Positions 1-13,402 are shown, numbered from the stretch's first letter. The stretch: 64,000 nt of DNA from Dudresnaya verticillata (GCA_977862235.1 OZ374559.1:2232001-2296000), one strand, 5' to 3'. The notes: a model not told the origin generated them from the letters alone. Numbers and translations are program-made.

Positions 1-1642
1 CTTCCTCGGTCTTTGTAACGTCTACAGACGGTTCGTCTCGCGGTACGCGCATGTCGCTGCCCCCCTCAACAAGTCGCTGAGGAAGGAACAGGACTTTCGG
101 TTACAGCCGTTCCATGAGACACAAGCCAAAGCGTTCAGTACGCTCGTCGAGGCCGTGACTCATCCGCCTATACTGGCGCTACCGCAGCAGGGTTTCCCCT
201 ATTCCGTCGATTGTGACGCAAGCGAGTATCAGGTCTCGCTCACCGCTCCAAGGCGTAACTACTCGGTCTCCGAAAAGGAGTGCCTCGCAGTAGTATGGTC
301 CGTCATGACGCTGAGACCTTACCTCCAGATGGAGTCATTCACAGTCCATACGGACCATTCGTTACGGAGGTGGCTGATGGAAATAAGCGACCACTCTGGA
401 CGGTTAATGCGGTGGCGCCTTCGCCTTTCCGAGTTCGACTTCGTCGTGAAGTACAAAAAGGGGTATCTGAATACTCAGGCAGATGCCCTTTCGCGTCTAC
501 AGACGAAGGGAGAAACCGTCGAGCCCATTGACGATGATATACCATGCTATCACGGAAGCTACGTCGAAGACGACCATCAAAGGTCACAAGACGATCTATC
601 AGACGCCGAAGGCGAGGTCGACTTCGCCGAACGAGAGTTCGAAGAGTTCGACCAAGTGTTGATCAACAACACGCCACCGGCGGATGAGGTACTCCTTCGT
701 AAAGTGACGCATGAAGAATTGTTACACGCCCAAGGCAATGACAAATACTGTAACGATGTCAGGAAACGTCTGGATGACGGGATCATCTTACCGTTGGAAA
801 CGGATGAACAGGGCCTGTTGGTCCGAACAGTGGAAGTCCGTCCGCAAGTGGTCGTACCCTCCGCGTTACGCGCTCACTTACTCTACCTCCGGCACCACGC
901 CAAGTTGGCAGGGCACCCAGAGGGGCGTAAGTTGTATCATACGCTTCGACGCGAATACTATTGGCCATCGATGCCAGTGGACTGCTATGCGACCGTCCGC
1001 AACTGCGTAACCTGCGCTAAGAATCGCGTATTGCTGCGAAAGAACAACAAGCAATTGAAGTTATTCCCGGCAACCGAGCCTCTCGAATTCGTATCGATCG
1101 ACATCCTGGGCGAACTCATACGCACGAAGCGAGGAAACAAGTTCCTACTCGTCATTGTGGACCGCTTCTCGGAGCTGGTCCGGACGGTCCCACTGCGTAG
1201 CATTAAGGCACTGGAAATCGCTAAGGCGTTTGTACGACATTGGGTCTTCGTGTACGGGCCCCCCAAGAAACTGTTGTCCGACAATAGACCCCAGTTTGTG
1301 GCTAAGCTGTTTCAGGATATCTGCCGTCTTTTGGGAGTGGAGAATCTCTTCACCACGACGTACCATCCGCAATGCAATGGCCAGGTAGAAAGATTCAATC
1401 CAACTATCCTGGCCTCGCTGCGTCACTACGTTGCGGATCATGCGAGAGACTGGGACCTGTTCACGGATGCCTTGAAGTTCGCATACAACACACAGTTGCA
1501 TTCGTCTACGCATCTCGCTCCGTTTGAATTGGTGCTGTCTAAGCCACCACGGCCATTGTCGCTCGAAGCGGAACCGTCGCTGGAAAGCGTACCCACCGCG
1601 GGGCAATACTACACTAAGTGCGAACCTGGCTGGCCGCACTGA
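1..1642 (+). pseudogene. pol: Gypsy pol: RNase H (internally deleted) and integrase
   Basis: DCDAS..RNYSVSEKECLAVVW..VHTDH..RLMRWRLRL (RNase H); HHAKLAGH..CVTC (HHCC zinc finger); FVSIDILG, LLSDNRPQF, NGQVERFN (D,D35E). Frameshifted near 1620-1690. Confidence 0.93.
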
Positions 1643-2523
1643 TGGGAACCGCTAAAGCGTCGTTAGAGAAAACTCAAGCACGTTAAAAACGAAACTTCGA
1701 TACCCAATTAAGGAAATCGAAGGAAGCAATCGCCGTAGGCGACTTCGTATTCGTACGTAAGGACTACTTCGCCCGAGGCGGGGGCACGGATCGCGCAGAG
1801 CGTAAGCATAAGTTGGCGCCAGTGGCGGACAGACCATATCGGGTAACTCACGTTGATAACGAGACCGTAACCGTCGACAAGGGACGCGACGAGCGGGAAC
1901 GTTTGTCCCGAGACCGCGTGGTCTGGGCACCGACTCCACCAGGTCAAGCGGCCCCTCCAATCGTCGTACCACCAGGCCCACCCGCGGCGCAGGACGTAGT
2001 CGCCCCCACGCCGCAAGACGAAGGGACGATTACACCCCACACGCCACCAGCGAGCCCAGAGGGTGACGCAGAGACTTCGCATACTGCGGGAGATCCGCAG
2101 GAGCGTACAACCGCAACGTCATGCAGTCGTGGATTGGCAGAGCTTTCGCCCTTCGCCGCCGACCCCGACGACCGCGCTTCGCAGTCCGTCTCCAACGACG
2201 ATAATACCCCAGGGGTTCGCACCCGTTTGGAACACGTCGCTACGGCACCGCCGAATGAGAAAAATGACTCCGCTGAAAGCGCGTCCGATAACTAAGACGT
2301 TAACCATGCAAGCACGAAGCAAGGCGCTGCAAGCGATGGACTCGTCTCAAGACGCAGCAACCCACTTACCGCTGAGCGAGCGTCCGAGGCCCAAGGCCAA
2401 CGACTTCGGCGATCAACTCGTCGAGTACGCTTCGCCGAACCGGAACAGACGCCCATCACGCAATGAGACGAACAGCGAAAGGTGCTGGAAAGACCCACGT
2501 CCAAGCCGAACGCTGTGAGCGGG

Positions 2524-2660
2524 AAAGAATACGTGATTGAACGCATCGAGTCGCACTCGTATGAGGATGATGATGAGATCCTCTACCGCGTCAAGTGGTT
2601 TGGATACCCCGCTTCAGCGAACACCTGGGGGCCAGTCTCCGTTTGCCGCGATCCCACGTC
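2524..2660 (+). pseudogene. Integrase C-terminal chromodomain
   Basis: KEYVIERIESHSYEDDDEILYRVKWFGYPASANTWGP matches the chromodomain pattern Y.VE.I....YLVKW.GY....TWEP. Confidence 0.88.
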
Positions 2661-5199
2661 ACACGGTACCACCGTCGAAAACGTACGCAGCTGCCGCCAA
2701 ACGTCGACGACGCGCAGCGCGGCTAACCCTAATCAGGAAATACCGCTGGAAGCGAATGGACGGACGATCGAGACCGCGTGCTCGACCTACGATCGCCAAA
2801 GGCGCGGAAGCTCAACCCATGGCCTGTGGACGCGGTCGCCAGAGCGACAGCGCCAAACACGTGTGCGCGCATGGACGAACGCGGACGCAAGTCGTTGCGT
2901 CATAGACAGCCACGCGCACGACACCTCGCAGCAGCCCCCATACGGAACCTCTGGATGGGTGCGCTGTTGACAGTGGATCCAGATCGCAAATCGAGATCCG
3001 CCGCCCGCGCCACTCGGGTAATAGGAGGAAGTAATTGGTCAAATTCTAATTTCCAACCCCGGCAGCGCGCACCACCCCGCCGTCAACGCACGACGAACGC
3101 AATCGTGCCAAGTGGCTGAGCAGGTGCTACGAGCCCCAGAGATGACAGGCGCAAGTGGCAGCGCGCAACAACCGTCTCCGACGTCGAGACGTGCACTCGC
3201 CCCACGGCCAAGTCCATGGGACCGCCACCCTGCCGGCCACGGTCTCGCGCGAAAGCACCTGTCGAACGTCTCTGACGTAACTCGCCGAAGAAGGGGCGCA
3301 CCGACAAACCCACCCCCGAAGGGGGGGAAGGTGGTTGAAGACACAGTTGACGTGGGTTCCGTGCACGACGCGCCAACAAATCGCCAACGACTCCGCCGCT
3401 GCCCGCGGCCGCCGCGGTCTCAGTCGCGCGAGCGCGACCATCCCCTACCCTACCCCCAAGGAGGAAAGTCGAAGACGAAAGGGGCGGCAACGCCAAGGCG
3501 TCAACAACTACCTCACCGCCTTCGAGACCCTCGTCCAGGACGCCGACAAACCACGCCCAAGGCGCAGCGCGACACATGCATTACAAAACGCTAAGTCAGC
3601 GGAAATACGCCAACAGCACGTGCAACACGACTAACAACGCTACTACAGCGGACCCTACCAGCAAAACACAGCCAAGTGCCAACGCACGGCTAATGATAAT
3701 GGCACCAGACGCCAACGCTACTGTAGCGGGCAATCACAAAAACGACGCAAGGTCGAAGTGGGACCACAGGTCAACCTTAAGAGCAACGCGAAACGCGACA
3801 CGGGAAGACGCTGACAATGGCCGAAGTTTACGGGGCTTAACACAGACGGGGACAACCCCTCGCCCTCACTAACAAACGACCATTACAGCCACACTAATCG
3901 TCAATGATGACGAGAGTAACGCCTCAGGCGCACTACACAACGCTAACGCAGCGAGCAACGAGGGGAAGTACAACGACCAGATCACGTCGCCACGAGGAGA
4001 CAAGGATTTCGTTAACGCGCCCGCAACACTCGTCGGCAACGACGCGACGGCCACGGCAAGACGAAAACAAACTACGTTACCAACGATGCAATTTATTGGG
4101 GTAAGCAACGGGGAACCCCCGCACCCAAACTCCAAGCCACGGCGGCTAACGCCGCAGGACATTTCACATTATTCGTCAACGACGTATGATCCCCTACCTG
4201 CCGACTCCGCAAGGGAGCCGACAAGGTACCAAAATGCTCTCACCACCGCCTTTCGCCCCAAACGACGCCGACTACGTCACGTAGCAGGCGGCTTCGCAGA
4301 GCCCACCGCAACATCTCCCTCGGCGGACTCCCTCAGTGCCTCTTCTTAGAGGTCATCTTCCGTCACCGACGGCACAACCACAGCAGTAGCTGGGACGGAC
4401 CGCAAAGGCACCGCCACCACTGCCGCTGAAGGAGTATCACGCGCCGCTAGCGAAGCGTCCGACTCACCGCCTGCCTTAGACGGCGAAGCCTCTTTGGCTT
4501 TGACAACCGCCGATGGCGTAGAACCAAGTCGATCACTCGCCTCCGGCGCTGCCACGACAATATCCGCCACAGGCGATGAAGCAACAACATCCGCCATAGG
4601 CGCCGAGCTCAAGCAATCGTTCGCCTTAGGCGCGGGCACAGCCCCATCCGCATTTAGCGCAGTCAACGACTCATCGACCGCCTTTGGCGTCAGTTCAGAG
4701 ACCGCCTTGATTGGCGTCATCTCTTCACTCGCCTTCGGCGTTGTTAACCCGACACTTTTCAATGACGCAGGAGCACCTGGCCCCTTCGGAGCCGTCAACA
4801 ACGATATAGCAACATTCGCTTCGCTCGCCGCAGGCGGTAAAGTCATAATCACGTCTTTAGACGCTGGAACATTGGCCTTAGGCGACGAAGGCTTCTCTGC
4901 CACACCGTCCTTCGACGCGGAGCCTACGACAATAGTCGACTTCGGCGCGGGCCCACCCCTGAGGTGGAACCGCAGCCGACAAAGATTGGCTCATCCACTC
5001 TGTGGGTGAGCCGCTCAGACCGCTAGTAGCGACGCCAGCAGCCCGCAATAACGCAAGCGCGGTGCGGCGCTGTTCTTCGGTCCAAAACGTCACCGAGGCT
5101 GTACTTCCTAAACCGTATACGACGTTTGATACTTCGCCTTGAGGCGTTACGGTCGGCGGAGCCGACTCAAATATTAGCATCGCCATCACGGCATCGCCA

Positions 5200-6699
5200 T
5201 CACGGCATCGTCATCATCGCCAGCGACGGGATCCGCAAGGTCCAGAGGTGCAACAGCTGGCAGGCCAGCTGGCACTCCACCGCCACCGACAAAAACTCCG
5301 GGCAAAGCCGATGGCGTGGGTGCAGCCTCGGGAGACAACTCAACCGCCATAGGCGTAGCGATATACGTCCCAGACGGGTTCCCCGGGTCGCCATCGGCGT
5401 TAACGCATCCTCCTCGGCGATTAAGGCACTAAAATACGGAGGAAAATCAACGACAAAGTCGCAGCTCTTACGCAAACCACGCGGGTGATTACCCGGGGTG
5501 AAGCGATCCGTTTTGCGATGGCGCTCCGCAACGTTCTTCGTCGTACGACGCTTAGTCCATGGATTATAATGGATCCAATCGCCACAGGCGGAGTGAGTAC
5601 GACTCATCGAGAATCGCGGACGGTTCGCCTTACGGCGGTTGTTCGCATACGGCACCATCGCCGGGTCGTTCCAATCGATCTCATCCGCAACAGCTCGCAG
5701 GTTCCAGAACTCCTCGGCGTTCCAGGACCCGCCAAATATTTCGACCAACTCGAGGCTACCAAGTTGGGCCACCACACGCGGGGGTAGATGGTACATACGG
5801 AAGGTGTCATGCACCTCCCATAACCACGCATACGCCACGTTGGGGACCCACTCTGTGTAAAACACGATCCAATACCTGGAAATCGGCTCGGTCATCAGCT
5901 CGGAACCAAGATACGTGACACACGGAGGGAGCTCTACGGCGAAACCCTCGCATATCTCAAACTCTCGCCATACAGGCGGTACCTTCACGAAACAGAAGGG
6001 TAACTTACTACGCTCAATGCGATCGACCTGCATGTCCTGGTAAGGTACGAATAGGCCCTTTCGGCGACGCATCTCGCACTCCCACCGGATAAAACGCTCC
6101 CAAAAGAACGTACCCGTACGATGCAAGTAACGGAAATCCGCTTTCAAGCGTACGCCTAATACGTAAGCCTCTCCCAACACACGGGGCTCAATCGACACGC
6201 TCACATGTTTGAGCAATAGCGTCCCGAGACGAGCACCATATTCGGCTTCGCCGGCTGTGCGGTATTGCCCCGCATCATAATTGAACAGGGGCGGTGTTAA
6301 CGTCGTCCGCGGATAACGCGTGAAACGACGATACACGTCTGAGACGAACTGCGCGTGGACGTCCGCACGCGATTGTCCCGCTCGCACCCAAATCCATTCC
6401 GCAGGAACGGCACAGCGCAACTTCCATTAGAACGTCCAGACGACGCCAAGGGGCAGGCCCCCCGGTAAGAAGCCGCTAGTAGCGTAATGAGCGACCAGTT
6501 CCTCCTCGCGCAAAGCCTCCTGGTCAAAACAGGGGGCCCGTGCAAAGAAATGCACGTGATCGCGAGAGTTCTTCCCGACGAAGTCGACCGGCGAAGCGTA
6601 CATCGGCGCGGCCGAGGGCGCCGCCACCTGCATGCCATTGAACATCGGCATGACGTCAACGACGAGAATATGTTCGCGCCGTCGGCGATGTCTGTACAA
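5200..6699 (-). pseudogene. Antisense accessory ORF of the Gypsy element, unknown function, one internal stop
   Basis: ORFs 6427-6699 and 5200-6420 are in the same minus frame, separated by one TAA. The product is Trp/Tyr/Phe-rich and looks globular; it lies between pol and the PPT. Confidence 0.65.
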
Positions 6700-7141
6700 A
6701 CGTCAAAGACTACTCGTGTCCAGCGCCACTGGCGAAAGCTTCAAGAAGCGTGCGTCGAAGACTATTACTGGTGTAACGCCTCAGGCGAGGAAAAGAAACC
6801 CACGTCAACGACGTTCAGCTGCTGCGCCACTGGCGATGCCAAAGGCAAACGACGTCGATGACGATTAAGTTGCGACGCCCCAGGCGAGGGATATCCGATA
6901 GACGTCAACGACGGAGATCGTTATGCGCCACAGGCGGTGATGTCGGGGCAACGTCAACGCAGTCGCACAGACACAAGAACGCAACATGAGCGAAGTTCTT
7001 ACGGCACAGCCGGGGTCGCAACGCACACGCGGGCGCACCAACACAATACGCGAAGGCGCGGGAGTTGGCAGGAACTCAGCGGGAGTGCGCACGACAGTAG
7101 GTTGAGGGTCGGGGGCGTGTTCGCGTTTTGGAGGGGGGTCG

Positions 7142-7726
7142 TGTGGTGCAAGGGTAGGTGAGCCCTTTTTCGCTGAAAGCGGGCAGCAACAAATACGTCG
7201 ACCGACGGAGAAACCGCCACCGGTGCTCACCACCGCCGTTGGCGCGCGAGCACGTCATCGACGGCTCACTGGGGCGGGCGCGCACGCTGCGCGCCGCGCG
7301 CCACGCGGGCACTGTACGGTGATGGGCCGACATGGCGCCCCGGGGCACTGTAATACGGATCCAGATGGGATCCGGATCCGGTATCCAGATTGGCCATCCG
7401 GATCGCCTGAGCTGTAAGATGCGCACCTGTAAGGCTGCGAGTGCTCGCATTGCTGGCCCGGATCCGGATGGGATCGGGATCGGACAAGTATCGGATTAGA
7501 TCCAAGGCGCACGCTCTACAGTGCACGCGCGCGCACAGCTGTAAGGCACACGCGTCCACGTGTGTGTGTAAGCACCCACACAGGGGGTTGCACGGCAACC
7601 TGTCAGGCGCGCGGCTGCATGCGATGGGTGAAAGCCCAAGGCGAGGTTACTCACCGCCACGGGCGCAGCTACCCACCGAGCCCCGAACTGCTCGGCGGGA
7701 TACCGTCTTCAGACGTTTGCACCACA
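7142..7726 (+). repeat. 3' LTR of the Gypsy element (585 bp)
   Basis: Perfect 10-bp terminal inverted repeat TGTGGTGCAA...TTGCACCACA, directly after the purine tract. Confidence 0.88.
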
Positions 7727-8615
7727 TGGCCCACCGGATGGCGCGGGGCTGACAGCGGGACCGGGAGGGCTGCGGGGGGAGCTTTGCGGCACTTCAAGGG
7801 CGCTACGGGAAAGAAGAAGCACAGGAGTGAGGCGGTAGTAGGGGAATGATGACGCACGCGCAGCGCTGAAGGGGGAAGGACAAGGCTATCGGGGGATGTG
7901 GCGCGGAGAGCAGAAGGTGGCTGCCTGCTGTGCACGAGGGCGCAATGCGGAGAAGAACGAGGAGATGAGGGAGAGAGGCGACGCTGATACGAGATGGTGA
8001 TGGTGCGGAGGGGCGTGAACACGATGGGACGCGAGAACGACGCGCCGAAGGAACGAGATGGAGACGGCCCAAGGTGGAGAGGGCGCGAGGCGCGCCGCGG
8101 CGGCCGAGGACTTCGGTGCTCGGTGCATGGTGGGGTGGATGGCGCGCATGATGACGCGGTGGTGCCCAAGGGAGGGTAAAGGTGTCACGGGGAATGACAC
8201 AGACGCATGTGCCAGTGGGGGAGGATGAGGGGTACAGTGTTGCGCTCACAAACTGGGGGCGCGCGGCGCAAATGCCGACATGGGGCATGGAATGGGGCTT
8301 GCCATGGGGCACTTGCGCGGCGGCCTGGTGGGGCGCCAATGCCATTTCTAGGCAAGTCTTTCCGGCCCTCGGGGCGCGTGGGGCGAGTGGAAATTTCTGG
8401 GAAAATATTTTCGGAAAGTTTCGGGGGCAATTCGAAACTTTTCAAGGGTCATATAATGGGTGTGCGGTTGGCCATAACTTTGGAACAGCTTGACTTGAGA
8501 GAAAACGGATTACACCACTGTTCTAAGCCCGCTCTCCGCTTGCCAATACAAGTAAGACAGTGGGCACGTTTTCCATTCTGTTTGAAAAAGTAGATTCTGA
8601 AGCGACCGAAATCAG

Positions 8616-8874
8616 TGTTACGCGCGTACCCTACCGCTGCCTACGGCCTAATAGTCTACCTCCAGTGCATCCACGTCCATCACCGTCCTTGACGTGTTTC
8701 CCTTTTGTTTTATTTTGTTCTTCCTTTCCGCCTCGGGCGTTTACAGTCCGCCCAAGGCATATCAACCGCTCTTCCACAAGGCACCCAAGACGAGGCAACT
8801 CACCGCCACAGGCTTCGCTACCCACCGAGCCCCGAACTGCTCGGCAGTGTTCTGTCGAGGACGTTTGCACCACA
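8616..8874 (+). repeat. Partial LTR related to 7142-7726
   Basis: 8784-8874 aligns with 7635-7726 (CTCACCGCCAC..CTACCCACCGAGCCCCGAACTGCTCGGC..GACGTTTGCACCACA). The left boundary is uncertain and no TSD was found. Confidence 0.7.
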
Positions 8875-9899
8875 GGAAAGTGTCCACCTTTTGGCGTTCG
8901 GACGCTCCGCGCCTGCCAGGGTTGCTTAGTACAGGCCCGGACATCATACGACAAGTATTCTACGAAATACCGTGTCGCAACGTCTATATTTTAAATCCGT
9001 CGATCGTGCCGAGTCTTTACCGTGCGTCCGCACCGCCCCTTTGGGGCCATCGGGGCTCGCCTCCTTTCAAGTCTCTGCCACACCTCCTTCAAGCAACCAC
9101 GCATTAGCGTGTGATATCGGACAGCTTTCATGTTCTGTTCTTTGCTGTTCCTGGCCAGTTCGATACTGCTACAGTATCGGTTCCGATGTGCTAGAACGCG
9201 CCTGTTCTCCACAGGGAGCTTCAGGTGCGTAGGTAACTGCTCGCCGAGTATTTATTGCTCGGTGAGAGGCAGCGGGAATAATGGAATTTGTCATTTGAAG
9301 TATCAGCGCTGTATTGAGGGCGTTTGGCGAAGTGAAGCGAAGTTTCCATCTTCCCAAAATTTGACCCGCTCACGGATGATCTGGGCCGTCGAGCTCCCAG
9401 GCCGTCACCGCACCTGTTGAGCCGGCTGTGCAGGAATGACCTGCGGAAACAGTAAGATCTTTGTGAACACCGTCGTGCAGAGAGAGGGAGAGAGATAGAA
9501 AGAGATAGAGAGATCAAGATTTTCATTAGGCTTCTCGGTCACTTCATGCCAGGGTGCATGGCAGAGCCGGAAATGCTCTTACCTCACATTCTCTATTCTA
9601 AGCTATTCTAGCTTTAATTATTAATGTAATAAACTTACTATAAGGTAAATACTGTTGTCAGTGATAGTTACGGATTAGTGGTAGTACCACCCAGGCCGCA
9701 GGAGCGGACACGATAAATTACCCAATGGCAGATTGCCATCAAAATTGGTGCCAGCAGTGACGCCAGCAGTGCGCACAGCCCTTACAGCGCACAGCGCTTT
9801 TGTGCGCCTTACAGCTTGATATGCGCTCGGGTCGTACACGTTGTTTTTCTTAATGTGCACAGGCGCTTTTGCTGCGGCTCATTCTTCCACACGCAGACG

Positions 9900-11858
9900 C
9901 AATACCCGCATCGCGTCCCTCACCCGCGCAGGCCCACGGCTCTCCCCCCGCATCTTCATTGAATTTGTCACCGCCCAACAGCACCCAGGCCTGCCCACCA
10001 ACTTTACACCCAGGAAGTTTGAGGTCCCACAACATTTTCGTAACTGTCTTGCAAGGGCCCTTTGAGCCTCCCCGTGCGGAAATGCAATCGGTACCGACAA
10101 TATCCATGTCGAAGTGCTACTACTGGTCTCGGAGTTGGCCGAGGACCTCCTCATGTCAATGTGGCAAGTTTGCGGACGCTTTTCAATCTTTCCAGAAGAG
10201 TGGAGCGAGGTGCTGCTGCTTCCAATTCACAAACGCGGCTCGCGAGATGACCCAGCAAACTATAGACCAGTTTTCTTACACTCACATCTACGCAAGGTTG
10301 TTGACCGCGCGAGCGCATACGAAGTGAAACTCCATTTCACCCCACATTTAGTGCAGCTGGGCTTCCAGCCAGGGCTCCGCATGGAAATGGCCATTGTCCT
10401 AGCCCAACACGCCATGAAGTGCGGGGATGACTACGTCGCTATTCTAGACCTCAAGAGTGCGTGCAACAGAGTTGACCGTCGCAAACGCTTTAAACTCTGC
10501 GAGGAGATTCTACCTGATCACTGAACTCGTATGATCGCGGCTACCCTTGGTCCCCTCGCTGTACGAACAGTAGGCGACAGCTCGCGATATACTGGAGCAG
10601 TTCGAAAAGGTGTGACGCAGGGCTCTCCTCTGAGCCCTGACCTGTTTAACATCTATATCGAGACGCTAGCCGCAGAACTGTGTTGCGAGCTCCAACGCCC
10701 ATCAATACGCCTCCCCGGCCGGCTTTTCGCGGACGACTGCCTTCTGCATCTCAATTCCCCTCAAGAGTTAAGGAAGGCATTGGAAATCTGCGACGACTGG
10801 GCCCAACGCAGTTGCATGACATGGTCAGCAACAAAATACCACCTTCTCCTCCCAACACGACACCGTCTGCGCCCGTCTTCTTCGCGGATCCGCATTGCTG
10901 GAACATACATCGAGGCTGTCCCAAGCGCACAATATCTTGTGATCGAGTTAACCCACAATGGAATTGGAACCCAGTCCATGCTCAACCGGATTCAGACTGC
11001 AAAAAGGGTTGTTGGTATCGTGGGCAACGCAGGACACATCACTCCCCGAATGCCGCCTAGTGCCGCTCGCTTCATTTCCCGCACGTTTGTCGGTCTCATT
11101 ATCGAGTACGCGCTGGCTTTGACCCCACTCACACCCGAACTCTAGGAAAATATGGACAGCGTCCAGGCCCTTTTCCTCCTGATCTCAATTGGTCAGCGGA
11201 CGCACTACATGCCATCGAACAGGCTCAGAAAGGTGCGAGCACCTTTTAGAATCCCAGATTCCCCCCATCGCCGTCGACAGCCCCAACATTCCCTAGTACG
11301 CCGGCTCCGACAACTCTCCTATTCCACCAGCACGAAAGTGTCCTAGGCTGCGTCATCAGTGCTCCACGCCGCCAAGGTTTCGGGAATTGCTGGCCTGCGG
11401 AACACGATCGTCTTCCCACAAACGCCCCCAACTTCCCCACGCTCAAATTGCAGCCTGTACCCGCATACTTGCTGGGACACAGCCGGCCCCTGTCTACACT
11501 TCAACACGCTTTGCGCCGGACCTGCAATTGCAATGCACTGCACATCGAATTCTCGCCATACGATGGCACTTACGGACGTTCCCTATCTCTCCCACCAAGC
11601 TAGCAGCCGCCCACCGCGCCCGCAGGCTACGAACCCTATTTCACCTGCCGGCTCACTGAAACTCAACTCCCCCTCCCTCGCACACGTAAGCCAAGCAATT
11701 GAACAAATCCGTCGCACTGGCCTCCAACACACTACATCCCCCGACGGCCCCACCACAGATCGATAGGGCCAGTTCTAGATACGTAGTGTGTTTGCCAATA
11801 GGCCGTTGATGCCGAGGCAAGTGTACTCTAAACTTTGTTGAGTAAACTTTATCATCAC
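9900..11858 (+). mobile_element. 5'-truncated non-LTR retrotransposon (LINE RT), copy 1, degenerate
   Basis: PIHKRGSRDDPANYRP, QLGFQPG, ILDLKSA, KGVTQGSPLSPDLFNIY, LFADD. Internal stops at ~10522 and ~11143. Ends in ...GTAAACTTTATCATCAC. Confidence 0.92.
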
Positions 11859-11989
11859 ACATTCTGATTCTGCTGGTTTGAGGCTAGCGAACGCAATCCT
11901 TTCATCCTACTATCATTTCGAAGGACGCGTCAACGCATCAATTCTTTTACTTAGAAGAGCTTTCAGAATAAGGCCGGTGAGCTCCAGAA

Positions 11990-12690
11990 ACAAGCTCATT
12001 ATCGTCGCATTATTGGAAGTTTATGCATGCAGTTCATCCTATGTTTATTGACATCTATGATCGCATAGGCCGTGGATTTGAGCTGGATGCTCTCCTACAT
12101 ACACGTCTACACGTCCCGAGTAAGGTCCGAACTCTCGCCGGTCTTCTTGGGGAATTTGCTCATCCTGATATCTGCCCCGGTCGATTCCAAGATTTCTGTC
12201 ACGATCCTCTCTCTCGAGAAGCGGGGTTTCCTACCGGCTCATCTTCTTCCCACATCCCTTCTGGAACAGCCTGAGGTTTGAAACGGCTTGTTCTCAGGGA
12301 TCCAGACCGCTCTCTCCGATTCTATCCATGCCGTTATCTACAGCTGACTTCTTCCTGTGGGCTTACGCATGAGTGCAGACGAACAAATTTTGGCCGATCG
12401 TATGCGCTCCACAAGCACACTTGCTGCTAGCTCGACCTTTACAAGCCTCCTCAAAACCTACAGCGGGGCCCGCTTTGAACCTCAAGCCTAGATAACTGCA
12501 TGCGATTTACGCCTCGGCAACGCTGTATTCGGCGGACATGATCCATTCTCATACTGCCTTCTCCCCCGACCATCCGGTCCTACTCCACTTCTTGACACTC
12601 TAGGTCATCATGTGCTTACTTTCTGTAGCCGAGAGGGGGTCGTGCGCCGGCATAACGCACTCTGTGACTTCTTCGCCAATGAACTTCGCC
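11990..12690 (+). mobile_element. CRE-type non-LTR retrotransposon C-terminal (zinc knuckle/RLE) relics
   Basis: Translates to HPMFIDIYDRIGRGFE and, further on, GARFEPQA*ITACDLRLGNAVF..LDTLGHHVL..REGVVRRHNALCDFFANELRRL; homologous to ORF 29036-29986. Confidence 0.75.
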
Positions 12691-13320
12691 GACTCTGAGT
12701 TCGAAGAACTCACTACTGGACTGTTCCCTCTGCATGATGCTGCGGATTTGTAGACTTTCTCGGCCCAATACAAGAGAGAATGGAACCCTTTCGTGAGTAT
12801 ACGAGGGACACTATGTCGCCCCTTCAGACGGTAGAAATGCGCTAAGCGCAAGGTGGCGGCGATTAGTGATGATATTTTGATACCGCAAGAGCTGCGATCG
12901 AAAGCGATGCATAAGAGAGCGGGTTTCCGCAGCGGGATTGGTACCCCATCGTTCAGAAGCGTACCAACCAAGGGAGCGCAGAACTTCCCGACCAAAACAA
13001 CTGCAAGTACATTGATGACGTTCACGTTGACGGTGTAGTACCGCAAGGCGATACTTAAAGAAGTGCCCAGGGCGGGAGCCATTAATTCCCTAGCGACTAA
13101 GCGAGGCCTTGGGCACTGCTTCGCACTCCGTTTACTCCAGGACTGGCTTCCAATTCCCGATCTACTCGAGAGAGATGGCTGCATAAAATGTCAAGAAAAT
13201 CGGTAGTTTTTTCAAGGAAATTCTCGACGGCAGGGGTGTCGACGATTTTCATGAAAAGTCCCGACGATTGAAGCTTCTGTTGAAACGCGTCAAACCTTTC
13301 ATCTGAGCCCCGAGAAAAGC

Positions 13321-13402
13321 TTCCTCCCTACCTACCTACCTACCTACCTCCCTCCCTCCCTCCCTCCCTCCCTCCCTCCCTCCCTCCCTCCCTCCCTCCC
13401 TC
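13321..13402. repeat. Compound microsatellite (CCTA)n(CCCT)n
   Basis: Directly visible tetranucleotide runs. Confidence 0.95.

Larger units (their letters stand above)
1..7726 (+). mobile_element. Ty3/Gypsy (chromovirus-type) LTR retrotransposon, 3' portion, degenerate
   Basis: RT-connection/RNase H, integrase and chromodomain remnants, then about 4 kb of internal region, a purine tract GGAGGGGGG at ~7130-7138 and an LTR at 7142-7726. The 5' part lies outside the window. Confidence 0.9.

Noticed and set aside
7727..8600. GC-rich stretch with repeated GGGGCAT/CATGGG motifs; possible DNA-transposon end or PBS after the LTR
   Set aside because: No partner terminal repeat, TSD, tRNA match or credible protein motif found.
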